Below are positions 9,416-19,665 of a stretch of 50,390 nucleotides of DNA, one piece after another (positions within the stretch are counted from its first letter, which is position 1; each line of letters opens with the position of its first letter). Source of the stretch: a virus (taxonomy: Duplodnaviria; Caudoviricetes); the IMG/VR virus record IMGVR_UViG_3300025296_000020, positions 1 through 50,390 of that record. One strand, 5' to 3'. The notes below the pieces were generated by a model that worked only from the letters and a program-made list of their open reading frames with translations, was not told the DNA's origin and did no database searches. Both the position numbers and the translations under genes were made by a program.

Positions 9416-10195
9416 ATGGGTACTACACGTTTTTCAGGACCAGTGGCATATAGCGGTGGGGCAACCCAATCCGCTGGCGGCACATGGTTCACTAATCTTC
9501 CAATCCAATCCAATCCTGATTACGTCTTCCAGTATGAAGATTTTATTGGGATTGCGGTGGATGGCACTAATGATTGGACCTATTCACAACTCACAAGTGG
9601 CACAGGCGCTATTCTCGCTGATGCCGTTGGTGGATGGTATGAGATTGCTGGTACGGGATCAGATGACACTGGTGCTGCTATTCAAGGCAATGAAATCTGG
9701 CAAGCCGAAGCCAACAAGAACATTTTCTTTGAAACTCGCATTGTTACGACGGATGCGGATCAAATGGATATTTTCGTTGGGCTTTGTATAAACGGCACAT
9801 TCAGCGCAACGGTGCCTTTTGCCACCAATGATCAGATTGGTTTCTTGGTCTCTGATGGTGATGCTTCTATTAATGCTGTTTGCGATAATGGGGGTACTGA
9901 AACTTCCACCGATACAGGTATTGATTTTGCTGATGGCTCGGTTTCCGGTGGCACAATCAGTGGTGATCGTCGGTTGGGCTTCATTGTGCGTGGAACGGGC
10001 ATCGTTGAGTTCTATGTTGATCGTAAATTGGTTACAACGACCGCTTCAACTACAACTATTCCAACTACCCAGATGACTACTTGGCTTGCTGCGGTAGCTG
10101 GTGAAGCTGCGGCCAATAAGGTTGATTGTGACTATATCTTGACGGTAGCACAACGCACCACGGATGGTATGACTCAATACGGCAAGCAGCCGTAA
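9416..10195 (+). CDS. Putative virion structural protein (minor capsid/fibre-like)
   Basis: 259 aa, MGTTRFSGPV N-terminus, beta-rich composition, AAGGAGG SD. Confidence 0.65.
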   Translation: MGTTRFSGPVAYSGGATQSAGGTWFTNLPIQSNPDYVFQYEDFIGIAVDGTNDWTYSQLTSGTGAILADAVGGWYEIAGTGSDDTGAAIQGNEIWQAEANKNIFFETRIVTTDADQMDIFVGLCINGTFSATVPFATNDQIGFLVSDGDASINAVCDNGGTETSTDTGIDFADGSVSGGTISGDRRLGFIVRGTGIVEFYVDRKLVTTTASTTTIPTTQMTTWLAAVAGEAAANKVDCDYILTVAQRTTDGMTQYGKQP

Positions 10196-10205
10196 TAGGT
10201 GAGAC

Positions 10206-10391
10206 ATGGCAAAAACCAGAACACGGACTACTTCAGGTAAGTTTGTGGGAGACGATCCAGCTACGCCTGAAAATGAGGCTTGGACGGAAAAGAAGAAGCC
10301 TGGACGAAAGAAAAAGGCTTCTTTGGAGATTCCGCCTCCCGGTAGTGCTAAACACAAGTCGATGGTGCTTTCCGGGTTGATTAAAGAATAG
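10206..10391 (+). CDS. Small basic hypothetical protein (GKFVGDDPATPENEAW motif)
   Basis: 61-aa ORF, AGGTGA SD. Confidence 0.65.
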   Translation: MAKTRTRTTSGKFVGDDPATPENEAWTEKKKPGRKKKASLEIPPPGSAKHKSMVLSGLIKE

Positions 10392-10401
10392 GAGATCTCC
10401 C

Positions 10402-10809
10402 ATGGCAGATGTAGTGACATCGACCACCATTCTTGATGGTCCTCGACAAGCGGTGATGAGCTTTACGTATCAGTATGTTGACGCAGGTAATGAAACTGCC
10501 GTTACGAAAGTGGATGTATCTGCGTTAGAATCTAGCGCGGATGGGGATGCTTGTACCGCTGTTCGTATTGCGGAGGTATGGTATTCTACACAAGGCTTGA
10601 CGGTAGAAATCCTTTCTGATGCAAGTACCGATATCTTTATGATGCATCTTCCAGCGGACTTCACAGATCACATCGACATGAGCGCCTTTGGCGGTATCTC
10701 TTCTAGTTTGGGAACGAGTCCTGTAGGAGATGTACTGTTTACAACAACAGGTGCCGGTACTACGGGAGATTCCTACAACGTGGTCTTGAGAATGATCAAA
10801 GATTATTGA
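10402..10809 (+). CDS. Putative virion structural protein
   Basis: 135-aa ORF, AGGAG SD, structural-module context. Confidence 0.65.
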   Translation: MADVVTSTTILDGPRQAVMSFTYQYVDAGNETAVTKVDVSALESSADGDACTAVRIAEVWYSTQGLTVEILSDASTDIFMMHLPADFTDHIDMSAFGGISSSLGTSPVGDVLFTTTGAGTTGDSYNVVLRMIKDY

Positions 10810-10829
10810 TATGAAAGGTTTCTTTTCTC

Positions 10830-11717
10830 ATGGCTGTGTCGGCATCTAAGGATTTTCAGCCTAATGTAGCAGAATACATAGAAGAGGCTTTTGAACGTTG
10901 CGGGTTGGAACTACGCACTGGTTACGATGCGAGAACCGCACGTCGATCCTTGAATTTTCTGTTTGCGGATTGGGCTAATCGTGGTCTTAATCAATGGACC
11001 ATTGAGCGGGTTACTCAAAACCTTATTGTTGGAATCCTTGAATATCCTGTGGGAACCATAACCCTTAGTGTAGCGGCCAGTGGTAGTTTCACTATAGGGG
11101 AAACGATCACCGGGGGTACTAGCGCGGCCACAGCGGCAATTATTACCGCGCCTACAGCCACCTCCATGACTATTACGGTGCCTTCCGGAACTTTTGTAGC
11201 CACAGAAACTATTACGGGTGGCACAAGTGGGGCTACCACTACGGTTTCTTCCGCTGTATCTCTTGAAAACGTTCAAGCTACAATTGATACCTTGTCTGCG
11301 GTGATTAGGCGTAGTGGACAGGATATTTCCATTAATAGCGTTAGTCGCGATACCTACCTGACGATTCCGGACAAAACTACAACGGGCCGACCTGTTCAAT
11401 ATTATGTAAATCGTCAAATTACGCCGGTTGTTTTAGTGTGGCCGTCTCCGGAAAATAGTACGGATCAATTAATCTATGATCGATTGGTTCGTATGGATGA
11501 TGCGGATACATCAGCCAATACGGTTGAGATGCCGTTCCGTTTTTACCCCTGCTTGGCTGCTGGATTGGCTTATTATCTGGCGCTCAAACGAGTGCCGGAT
11601 AAAGTTGCTCTTCTTAAAGGATTATATGAAGAAGAGTTTGAACGAGCGGCTCAAGAAGATCGTGACATTCCCTCTATTAGTCTGGTTCCAACATATACTT
11701 TTTTAAATGCCGGGTGA
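10830..11717 (+). CDS. Putative head-tail adaptor protein with a Thr/Gly-rich inserted domain
   Basis: IEEAFERCG...ARRSLNFLFADWANRGLN N-terminus, TGRPVQYY, PFRFYPCLAAGLAYYLA; internal GETITGGTS duplication. Confidence 0.6.
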   Translation: MAVSASKDFQPNVAEYIEEAFERCGLELRTGYDARTARRSLNFLFADWANRGLNQWTIERVTQNLIVGILEYPVGTITLSVAASGSFTIGETITGGTSAATAAIITAPTATSMTITVPSGTFVATETITGGTSGATTTVSSAVSLENVQATIDTLSAVIRRSGQDISINSVSRDTYLTIPDKTTTGRPVQYYVNRQITPVVLVWPSPENSTDQLIYDRLVRMDDADTSANTVEMPFRFYPCLAAGLAYYLALKRVPDKVALLKGLYEEEFERAAQEDRDIPSISLVPTYTFLNAG

Positions 11718-11719
11718 TC

Positions 11720-12229
11720 ATGGCGAAATATGCTTCTAATAAATATGCCTTGGGAATTTCAGATCGATCTGGAGCCGCATATAAATTAAGGCATATGCGG
11801 AAGGAATGGACTGGATTTTTAGTAGGTTATGATGAATGGGAAGCTAAACAACCTCAACTCAACCCTGTGCGTGTTGTAGGAGATCCACAAGCTTTGAGAG
11901 ATCCGCGTCCAGACCGCACTGAAAATCCTGTTTTAGTTCTTTTGCAGTTTAATCCTTTTACAACAGGGGATTCTGGAAGCAGTGTAATTACCGTATTTGA
12001 ACCAGGGCATGGGCGTTCGACAGGAGACACTGTACGTTTTAGAAATGTTGCAACTTTTGGGTTTACGGCGGCTACTGTAGAATATGCAAGTGGCTATTCC
12101 ATCACAAAAGTGAATGATGATCAGTATAGCTTTGACGTAAGCGATAGTGGCTCTTCAGAAACATCTGGAGGGGTGATAAAAGGGGGTGGAGGTGCGGCAT
12201 CTGCCGGTCCTGTCACTTTGAGCGCGTAG
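11720..12229 (+). CDS. Putative neck/structural protein
   Basis: ISDRSG...EWEAKQPQL N-terminus, then VITVFEPGHGRSTGDTVRF beta-domain. Confidence 0.6.
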   Translation: MAKYASNKYALGISDRSGAAYKLRHMRKEWTGFLVGYDEWEAKQPQLNPVRVVGDPQALRDPRPDRTENPVLVLLQFNPFTTGDSGSSVITVFEPGHGRSTGDTVRFRNVATFGFTAATVEYASGYSITKVNDDQYSFDVSDSGSSETSGGVIKGGGGAASAGPVTLSA

Positions 12230-12230
12230 C

Positions 12231-12875
12231 ATGGCTTTTACATTCACCACTCTTAAAACGGCTATTCAGGATTATACGGATAATGCTGAAAGTACCTTTG
12301 TTAGCCAATTATCCCGCTTCATTTTAAATGCGGAAGAACGAGTACTAAAGGAGTGTCAACTAGACGTTTTTCGTCAAAATTCAGTCGGAACATCCAGTAG
12401 TTCTAACAAGTTTTTAGGGAAACCCACAGATTATCTAGCCCCTTATTCTTTAAGCGTGGTTAAGGATTCTGCGAACGAATTTTTACTATATAAGCAGGTA
12501 ACTTTTTTACAGGATTTTACGCCTGACCCAACCACTACGGGGGCACCTGAGTATTATGCTGATTGGGATGACGCGACCTTTTTATTGGCTCCAACCCCGG
12601 ATTCCTCTTACACGATGGAATTGCATTATTTTTATCGCCCCACTTCTATTACAACCACTTCTGACGGAACGAGTTGGTTAGGCACCAATGCAGAATTGGC
12701 GCTTCTTTATGGGAGCTTGGTGGAAGCCTATACCTTTATGAAGGGCGAACAGGATCTGTTGACGTTGTATAACAACCGTTTCATGGAATCTTTGAATTGG
12801 CTGAAAAATCTTGGGGAAGCTAAACAGACCCATGATGAATACCGCTATGATGAGTTACGGAAACCGGTGCAATAA
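12231..12875 (+). CDS. Putative head-tail connector/adaptor protein
   Basis: LKTAIQDY...FILNAEERV, LAPTPDSSYTMELHYFYRP, LLYGSLVEAYTFMKGE. Confidence 0.65.
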   Translation: MAFTFTTLKTAIQDYTDNAESTFVSQLSRFILNAEERVLKECQLDVFRQNSVGTSSSSNKFLGKPTDYLAPYSLSVVKDSANEFLLYKQVTFLQDFTPDPTTTGAPEYYADWDDATFLLAPTPDSSYTMELHYFYRPTSITTTSDGTSWLGTNAELALLYGSLVEAYTFMKGEQDLLTLYNNRFMESLNWLKNLGEAKQTHDEYRYDELRKPVQ

Positions 12876-13165
12876 TGTTCGATGCGGACGCACAAAATGG
12901 TATAGGAGAAGTACAGATCTTCACCTCCACGGACGGAGGTCATAGCGTAGATCAACTGGCTGAAATGGCATTGAATAAAATCATTGGGATTTCCGATACG
13001 GCCCCACAGCCTCTTCAGGATCAGGCTCTTGAATACCGTGATAAAATAAAAGAGGTTTTGATGTTTTATTTTGATAAGATGGCCCAGAGTGAGAGGACGA
13101 CTATATGGGCTTTGATGAAAGAGCAAGGTCACGAAGACGTGGCTGAAATTATAAGGAGATTGTGA
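12875..13165 (+). CDS. Hypothetical protein
   Basis: 96-aa ORF translationally coupled (TAATG) to the upstream gene. Confidence 0.65.
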   Translation: MFDADAQNGIGEVQIFTSTDGGHSVDQLAEMALNKIIGISDTAPQPLQDQALEYRDKIKEVLMFYFDKMAQSERTTIWALMKEQGHEDVAEIIRRL

Positions 13166-13166
13166 G

Positions 13167-13661
13167 ATGAGTACCACAGCAATGTGTAATACCTTCAAGC
13201 AGGAAATCCTGTCTGGAATTCATTTTTGGACCCCGCACACTCGCACTGGTTCCAGCGCGATTGGGGCGGATACCTACAAAATTGCCATGTTCACTTCAAG
13301 CGCCACTACGGATAAAGACACTACGGGTTATGTTGCAACCAACGAAGTGACCGACAGTGATGGTGTTTATACTGCGGGTGGGGCGGCTTTAGCGAGCGTC
13401 ACTTCCACGTTAAGCTCTGATACGGCATTCCTTGATTTTGCGGATACGACCTGGGCTTCGTCAAGCATTTCCAATGCGCGTTCGGCAGTCATCTATAATT
13501 CGACTTTGAGTAGTGCGGGGACGGGTTCGACGGTTAATCACGCTGCGTATCCTAGTGTCTGTTCATTGGATTTTGGTGGTGATAAATCCTCCAGCAGTGG
13601 AGACTTCACCATTCAGTATCCTGCTAATGGGTCATCGACGGCCATCATTCGCATAACGTAG
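13167..13661 (+). CDS. Putative tail structural protein
   Basis: MCNTFKQEIL, YKIAMFT, AFLDFAD, LDFGGDK, AIIRI motifs. Confidence 0.65.
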   Translation: MSTTAMCNTFKQEILSGIHFWTPHTRTGSSAIGADTYKIAMFTSSATTDKDTTGYVATNEVTDSDGVYTAGGAALASVTSTLSSDTAFLDFADTTWASSSISNARSAVIYNSTLSSAGTGSTVNHAAYPSVCSLDFGGDKSSSSGDFTIQYPANGSSTAIIRIT

Positions 13662-13671
13662 GTAAGTCACC

Positions 13672-14316
13672 GTGGCTGAACTTACTGGTTGGGGACGAGA
13701 AACATGGGGCAGCGGAACTTGGGGAGAAGAAGCGCCGGTTCTGATTACAGCGCCTTCTGCGCTATCCAGTACGGCTGCTTCAGTTACGATCTCCACGGGG
13801 ATGACGGTCACTCCGACCGCGCCCTCTGCTCTGGCGAGTTCGGCAGGAACAGTTACCGTCGCCACAGATATGACGGTCACTCCTACCGCGCCCTCTGCTC
13901 TGGCGAGTTCACTAGGAACGATAACGGTACTGGGAGGGATAATAGTTACTGCAACGGCTCCTTCTGCATTAGCCAGTACAGCCGCCTCAGTTACCGTTTC
14001 AACAGGAGCCGTTGTAACTCCGAGCGCTCCTTCCGCGTTAGCAAGTTCAGCTGGAACGGCGACAGCTGTAACCGCAACCATTGTTATACCGACAGCTGTA
14101 ACCGCAGCCAGTTCAGTGGGAACAGCAACGGTACAAGGAGATCTCAATCTTATTGTAACGGCCCCGACAGCTTTAGCGGGGAGCATAGGATCAGTAGTCT
14201 TACCGAAAACCGTTGTTGTAACCGGAGTTTCGGCCACAGGATCTATAGCAACGACTTTGGTATGGAGTGCCATTGATACTTCTCAAACTCCTAATTGGAC
14301 GCAGATAGCGGCATAG
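13672..14316 (+). CDS. Thr/Ala/Ser-rich repeat protein (tail fibre-associated)
   Basis: GWGRETWGSGTWG N-terminus, ~7 copies of a ~23-aa unit, W-containing C-terminus. Confidence 0.7.
   Translation: MAELTGWGRETWGSGTWGEEAPVLITAPSALSSTAASVTISTGMTVTPTAPSALASSAGTVTVATDMTVTPTAPSALASSLGTITVLGGIIVTATAPSALASTAASVTVSTGAVVTPSAPSALASSAGTATAVTATIVIPTAVTAASSVGTATVQGDLNLIVTAPTALAGSIGSVVLPKTVVVTGVSATGSIATTLVWSAIDTSQTPNWTQIAA
13735..14250 (+). repeat. Coding tandem repeat, 69-nt/23-aa unit (MTVTPTAPSALASSAGTVTVATD)
   Basis: Near-identical DNA copies begin at 13801 and 13870; more diverged copies flank them. Confidence 0.8.
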
Positions 14317-14325
14317 AGGTGAATT

Positions 14326-15801
14326 ATGGTTTCAAGTTTTACGAGTAATTACGGCATTGAGGAGATGGCTACCGGCGAACAGTCCGGTGCTTGGGGAACT
14401 ACCTCCAATTACAACTGGGATATTGTTGATCGATTGGTGTCTTCTACTGCGGTTGCCTTGTCAGATGCTTCTACCGCAACGTTGCAAGTTGCTGCGTCTT
14501 CCCCAACGGATGGTGCCTCCAATGTTGAAAACGGCATGTATCGTGTTATCAAGTTTACAGGTGCTTTAAGTCAAGCATGTACCATCACGATAGCCCCCAA
14601 CGATACGAAAGCGTATTTCATTATTGACAATGCCACCACCGATGCTGGTTCCAGTGGGCCTTATAATCTCGTTATGAAGCAGGGGTCTTCTGGAGCTACC
14701 GTCACCATTCAGAATGGTAAAAACACAATTATTTACTGCGATGGCGCAGGTGCGACTAATGGGGCCGTTGCCAATGCTATTAGTGATCTTCAAATCACGA
14801 CCTTGGAATGCACAGGCGCTGCCGCGATTGATGGAGCGGTAACGGCTGGAAGTACGGTAGCGGCCACAGGTGCCGTAACGGCGTCGGCGGGGGTTACCAC
14901 AACGAAGGAAGATTCGGCAGCGGATACTGTTTTGAATTCCCTTACCGTTAAGCGCACCACTTCCAATGGGACTCCAGCCGCCGGTATCGGTGTGGGGGCA
15001 GAATTTATAACGGAGACTGCTGCTGGCAATAATGAAACGGGAAGCGTTATCGAATCCCTTACAACGAATGTTTCCTCTGGTGCCGAAGTTTTCGATCTTG
15101 TTTTCAAGAACATGACTGGAGGTTCGGCAGCGGCAGAGGTTGGCCGCATGACTGGCGCAGGAGCCTTTTCGGTTACTGGTGGAACAACGAGCGCCATTGA
15201 AGATAGTGGCACCACCACTGTAATTGATCCTCTTACGGTTAAGCGTACCAGTTCAGGTAGTCCTGCTGCGGGTATCGGTGCGGGTATTGCCTATGTTGTT
15301 GAAACATCGGCTGGCAATAATGAAACGGGCGTAACGATAGACGCAGTTACAACTGATGTGTCGTCTACAGCAGAGGATTTTGACCTTGTCTTCAACCTTA
15401 TGACGGCAGGTGCAACGGCTGCGGAGAAACTTCGTATCGTTTCAAGTGGCAAGGTAGCCTTTGCTAATTCTGCTTATGCGAGCGTCTATGCCAACGCAAC
15501 AAGTACGGGTGCTATGACGCTGGATTTCGATACCTACCAGAACTTCTATTTGACGGCCACCGGCAACGTGACGCTGTCTAACCCAACGACGGAAAGTATA
15601 GGGCAGTCTGGTGTAATCATATTTGAGCAAGACGGAACGGGATCGAGAACGCTTTCTATTGGTACTCAGTTTTATGCTCCCGGTGCAAGCCTGACGATCT
15701 CAACCGCCGCATCGGCAATCGATGTCATTCCATACTTCTGTTGGGCGGCTAACAAAATTGCTCTCGGCACTCCCCAGTTAGCCTTAGCTAATGTGACCTA
15801 A
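14326..15801 (+). CDS. Tail fibre protein with an internal ~95-aa duplication
   Basis: GEQSGAWGTT N-terminus; duplicated EDS...LTVKRT...PAAGIG...ETxAGNNETG...FDLVF; C-terminal QDGTGSRTL domain. Confidence 0.7.
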   Translation: MVSSFTSNYGIEEMATGEQSGAWGTTSNYNWDIVDRLVSSTAVALSDASTATLQVAASSPTDGASNVENGMYRVIKFTGALSQACTITIAPNDTKAYFIIDNATTDAGSSGPYNLVMKQGSSGATVTIQNGKNTIIYCDGAGATNGAVANAISDLQITTLECTGAAAIDGAVTAGSTVAATGAVTASAGVTTTKEDSAADTVLNSLTVKRTTSNGTPAAGIGVGAEFITETAAGNNETGSVIESLTTNVSSGAEVFDLVFKNMTGGSAAAEVGRMTGAGAFSVTGGTTSAIEDSGTTTVIDPLTVKRTSSGSPAAGIGAGIAYVVETSAGNNETGVTIDAVTTDVSSTAEDFDLVFNLMTAGATAAEKLRIVSSGKVAFANSAYASVYANATSTGAMTLDFDTYQNFYLTATGNVTLSNPTTESIGQSGVIIFEQDGTGSRTLSIGTQFYAPGASLTISTAASAIDVIPYFCWAANKIALGTPQLALANVT

Positions 15802-15802
15802 A

Positions 15803-18800
15803 ATGTCTGGACCCTTCGGATCAAACCAGTTTTTTGGTAAAGAGGCAGTTGCGGCTGCCTACACGATTGATAACTCATGTATGTTAGATGGGACAGCCGA
15901 TTATCTTACTTTTACTCCCAGTGGTACATCTACAACCCGTACTAAATGGACAATCTCAATCTGGTTTAAAACTTGTGCTAAATTATCTGATGGTGAAACT
16001 ATAATATGGGCTGGCGACAGTGGAAATGATTACGAACGAATCCGACTAGGCGATTATAATAGTAGTGGTTACGGTGCGATAATTTATGATTTCGGTGTGG
16101 GTGGTATAACACAATCTAATTACACAACTGATCGACTCTTGCGTGATCCTTCAGCTTGGTATCATCTGGTTGCATCTAGAGATGGTGCTACCATTAGCAT
16201 GTATCTGAACGGCGTTGAAATTACTTCATGGAATACGTCGTCTGCTCCTGATGCAAGTGATGATGGATTTTTTGGTCATACAGTTGCCCAGCGTCTTGGT
16301 CGAACTAATTATACTAATGCTGACTTTTTTAACGGCTATCAAGCTGAAGCTATTCTGATTCTTGAAACTATTTATACCGCTTCTGATTTCGGTGAGTTTA
16401 ATTCCGATGGAGTATGGATACCAGTAGATCCTTCCGCATTAACATTTGGCACGAATGGTTTCTGGCTGGATTTTGAAGATAGTTCCGATTTAGGTAAGGA
16501 CGTATCTGGTAATGCTAACGATTTTACTTCAGTTAGTATGTCTGCCTCAAACCAAACCACCGACAGTCCCACCGATAGCGGCACGACGATTGGGAATTAT
16601 TGCGTTATTAATCCTGTGGATAGTACTGATGCTAACTCATTGGTCTTAGCTAACGGAAACCTTGAATACGCTTATAATACCGCAATGAAAGAAAATGCCT
16701 GTACGATTGTCATGCCTGCCGGTACTGGTACATGGCGTTGGGAGTGGGACCCTGATGCTCCTTCAAATAGTTATGATCCTTTTGTTGCAATAATAACTAA
16801 GTCTGGATGGTTGGATAGAACGGCAGACGCAAGTCCACAGGCAAGGATTAATGTATACGCATGGGGTATGAATGTTCAAGCTACTAGCGGCATCCGAAAG
16901 GTGCATGATAACACGTTTGTGTTGACATCATTAGGAACTTATAGCACGGGAGGGATTATAGGTTTTTTTGTAGATGCTGTTAATGGAGAGTTATTTGCTA
17001 ATTACGATGGGGGTACTCCAGAAAGTCTATATTCAGGTCTCCAAACAACTGAAGATTGGTATATCCTAGTAAGTAATGGTGCTGGTGCGGCTGGACGGAC
17101 ACCCAGTGTTAATTTTGGACAGAAGGCTTATGCGTTTTCTGCACCTAGTGGGTATGAAGATTATATAAATGTTCTGACCTCTAACCTTCCAGCCCCAACC
17201 ATAACCAAACCCACAGATCAGTTCCTCCCCATACTCTATGAAGGCAACGGCGCTGGTCAGCGGGTGGGTGACTTCATACCCTTCACCGATACGTTTGCCG
17301 TTGGTGCTTCTTGTCGGTTTGATTTGGCTGATGCTGATAAAATGACTCAAACTTTTGGCACTCCAACCAGCACTAAAATCAAAAGCTGCTCCTGTTGGTT
17401 TAAGCGTGGTTCTGTAAGTGAGTCAGAAAATCCTTATCTGTTTCATTGGGATACTACTGCTTCTGGTCAAATGTATTTTGAAACGACAGGCAAATTGGTT
17501 ATTAGTGATCAGAATGTTGATGTTTTAAAAACCAACAGAGAATTTCAGAAGACAGATTCTTGGACTCATGTTCTGTTCCTAGTTGACACCTCTCAAGCGA
17601 CAGCGGCTGATATGTATACACTTTATATTAATGGCGTTGAGGAAACCAGTTTTGCTACCGATAACCGTTCTAGTATATCTCAAGATAGCACCACTAAATG
17701 GGGTGGAGCAGTTGCTGCCGTACTTGGCGGACGGAGTACTTCTGGAGCAACCTATGATGGTTATCTTTCTGAAGTCGTACTGCTTGACGGCACTGTCGGA
17801 GCTATTGGTGATTTCGGAGAAACCGATACTTCAACCAATCGTTGGATACCAAAAGATCCTAGTGGTTTGACATTCGGAGATAATGGATTTTATCTGGCGT
17901 TTGCTTCAGAAAATAACTTAGGTGATGATACATCCGGTAACGTTAATGACTGGACGGAAGTTAATCTGGACAGCACCAACGGCAGCAACCAGATGTACGA
18001 CACGCCGTCACATAACTTTAATGTAATGGATGGTGGTTGGGATAGTGCCGCCACATGGACACAACCTCTAGCAGCGGGATTAACGCAGGGAAACTTAACA
18101 TATACGTCACCATCGGGTGATCCTTCTGGCCCTTCTTTTATGGGTGCTTCTACAGGAAAATGGTATGTTGAAATTGGAATAGACACGATGGTGGTTGGCG
18201 GTAATACAATGGCATTTGGATTTATTGATCTTAACAATCTAATTGCGGGTCAAAATACTCCTTATGGCGAAAATGGATTTGGATACAGAAATTATGATAG
18301 TGCTGGCGGTACTTCATCAGGGTCAGCAGGGCAAAAAGTTGAAAGGGGTGTCTTTACAACTTTTGGAACGGGTTATGAATCTGGAGATGTGTTTCAAATC
18401 GCAATGGATTTAGATGCGGGATATATGTGGTTTGCAAAAAATGATACTTGGATGGGTAGCGGTGATCCTAGTGCTGGCACAAACCCTGCCATAACGGGAA
18501 TATTCGGAGGTCCAAATATATCGAAATGGGCTATAGCGTTGATTTTTAATGCTAGTCATTCCTGTACTTTTAATTTCGGTCAGTGGCGTTATTTCGATGG
18601 GGCGACAACGACACTAGATGCTACTGCCGGTGGGTATTTCAGATATACACCACCAACAGATTTTATAGCTTTCCAACAGGATAACCTACCAGCCAACACC
18701 GCTGGCATCACCGGCTTCTCTTGGATCAAGAACCGGGATGCTACTGATCCTCATATCCTTCAGAATAGTGTGGAGGGAATTTATAACTATATGAGTTCTA

Positions 18801-19663
18801 ACGATCACCTCCAACAAATAACTAATACCAACTCCGTCCAACGCTTCCTTCAGCAAGGTGTACAGATAGGAAACATGGATGCAGTTAATACGTCTGCCGA
18901 AAGTTTCGTTCTATGGCAATGGGCGAATGATGGTGGTGCAGGATCAGTTAATGGTGACGGTGATACGGATATAACTCTAGCTGTCAATTCGACAGCAGGA
19001 TTTTCTTATGGGTTAGCAACAAGTCCCTCAAGTGGCGGATTTACCGTAGGTCATGGCCTTGGTGTCCAGCCATCATTTGTGATTCAGAAAAATACAAACG
19101 CCGACAATGGGTGGAATTGTTGGCATAAAGATTTAACAAATGAAACAAGCTATTGGGTTGATTTATATGATGATGGTGCAGAAGATAGTTCCACTGTTAT
19201 TTGGAATAATACAGCCCCGACAACATCAGTAATGAGTGCAAATGCTGATTGGTATTCAGCCAGTAGAATTGGTTTGTGGATGTTTTTTGCACAAGTGGAG
19301 GGGTATAGTTCTTTCGGAAGCTATACCGGAAACGGCAGCGGTTCATATGCAGTAGATTACGATGGTCCATTTATATATACGGGGTTCAAACCTGCATTTG
19401 TTCTGATTAAAAGAATAGATTCAACAGGTAATTGGGTTATATTTGATGATAAGCGAAGCCCTATTAATCCACGAGCTTTGCAACTTCATCCTAATCTAAC
19501 AAACGTAGATGGGGCGGGAAATGATCAGGATTTTTTAGCTAATGGGTGGAAGGTTAGAAGTAACGGCAGCGATGTGAATGCTAGTGGTGGCGATTATATA
19601 TACGCTGCCTTCGCAGAGAATCCATTCGGAGGGTCAGGAGTTGCACAGGCAAAAGCGGTGTAG
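15803..19663 (+). CDS. Large receptor-binding/tail protein with two LamG/ConA-like + SPRY-like modules
   Basis: RDPSAWYHLV; WIPxDPSxLTFGxNGFxL twice; TGKWYVEI; C-terminal YTGNG...GPFIYTGFKPAFVLIK...YIYAAFAENPF. Confidence 0.8.
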   Translation: MSGPFGSNQFFGKEAVAAAYTIDNSCMLDGTADYLTFTPSGTSTTRTKWTISIWFKTCAKLSDGETIIWAGDSGNDYERIRLGDYNSSGYGAIIYDFGVGGITQSNYTTDRLLRDPSAWYHLVASRDGATISMYLNGVEITSWNTSSAPDASDDGFFGHTVAQRLGRTNYTNADFFNGYQAEAILILETIYTASDFGEFNSDGVWIPVDPSALTFGTNGFWLDFEDSSDLGKDVSGNANDFTSVSMSASNQTTDSPTDSGTTIGNYCVINPVDSTDANSLVLANGNLEYAYNTAMKENACTIVMPAGTGTWRWEWDPDAPSNSYDPFVAIITKSGWLDRTADASPQARINVYAWGMNVQATSGIRKVHDNTFVLTSLGTYSTGGIIGFFVDAVNGELFANYDGGTPESLYSGLQTTEDWYILVSNGAGAAGRTPSVNFGQKAYAFSAPSGYEDYINVLTSNLPAPTITKPTDQFLPILYEGNGAGQRVGDFIPFTDTFAVGASCRFDLADADKMTQTFGTPTSTKIKSCSCWFKRGSVSESENPYLFHWDTTASGQMYFETTGKLVISDQNVDVLKTNREFQKTDSWTHVLFLVDTSQATAADMYTLYINGVEETSFATDNRSSISQDSTTKWGGAVAAVLGGRSTSGATYDGYLSEVVLLDGTVGAIGDFGETDTSTNRWIPKDPSGLTFGDNGFYLAFASENNLGDDTSGNVNDWTEVNLDSTNGSNQMYDTPSHNFNVMDGGWDSAATWTQPLAAGLTQGNLTYTSPSGDPSGPSFMGASTGKWYVEIGIDTMVVGGNTMAFGFIDLNNLIAGQNTPYGENGFGYRNYDSAGGTSSGSAGQKVERGVFTTFGTGYESGDVFQIAMDLDAGYMWFAKNDTWMGSGDPSAGTNPAITGIFGGPNISKWAIALIFNASHSCTFNFGQWRYFDGATTTLDATAGGYFRYTPPTDFIAFQQDNLPANTAGITGFSWIKNRDATDPHILQNSVEGIYNYMSSNDHLQQITNTNSVQRFLQQGVQIGNMDAVNTSAESFVLWQWANDGGAGSVNGDGDTDITLAVNSTAGFSYGLATSPSSGGFTVGHGLGVQPSFVIQKNTNADNGWNCWHKDLTNETSYWVDLYDDGAEDSSTVIWNNTAPTTSVMSANADWYSASRIGLWMFFAQVEGYSSFGSYTGNGSGSYAVDYDGPFIYTGFKPAFVLIKRIDSTGNWVIFDDKRSPINPRALQLHPNLTNVDGAGNDQDFLANGWKVRSNGSDVNASGGDYIYAAFAENPFGGSGVAQAKAV

Positions 19664-19665
19664 AG

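Noticed and set aside
13632-14276. Alternative long ORFs (213 aa minus strand, 195 aa shifted frame) over the Thr/Ala repeat gene
   Set aside because: Shadows of a repetitive, stop-poor coding sequence
14326-19663. Possible diversity-generating retroelement target in tail fibre genes
   Set aside because: No reverse transcriptase and no TR/VR pair with adenine-specific differences seen in the window
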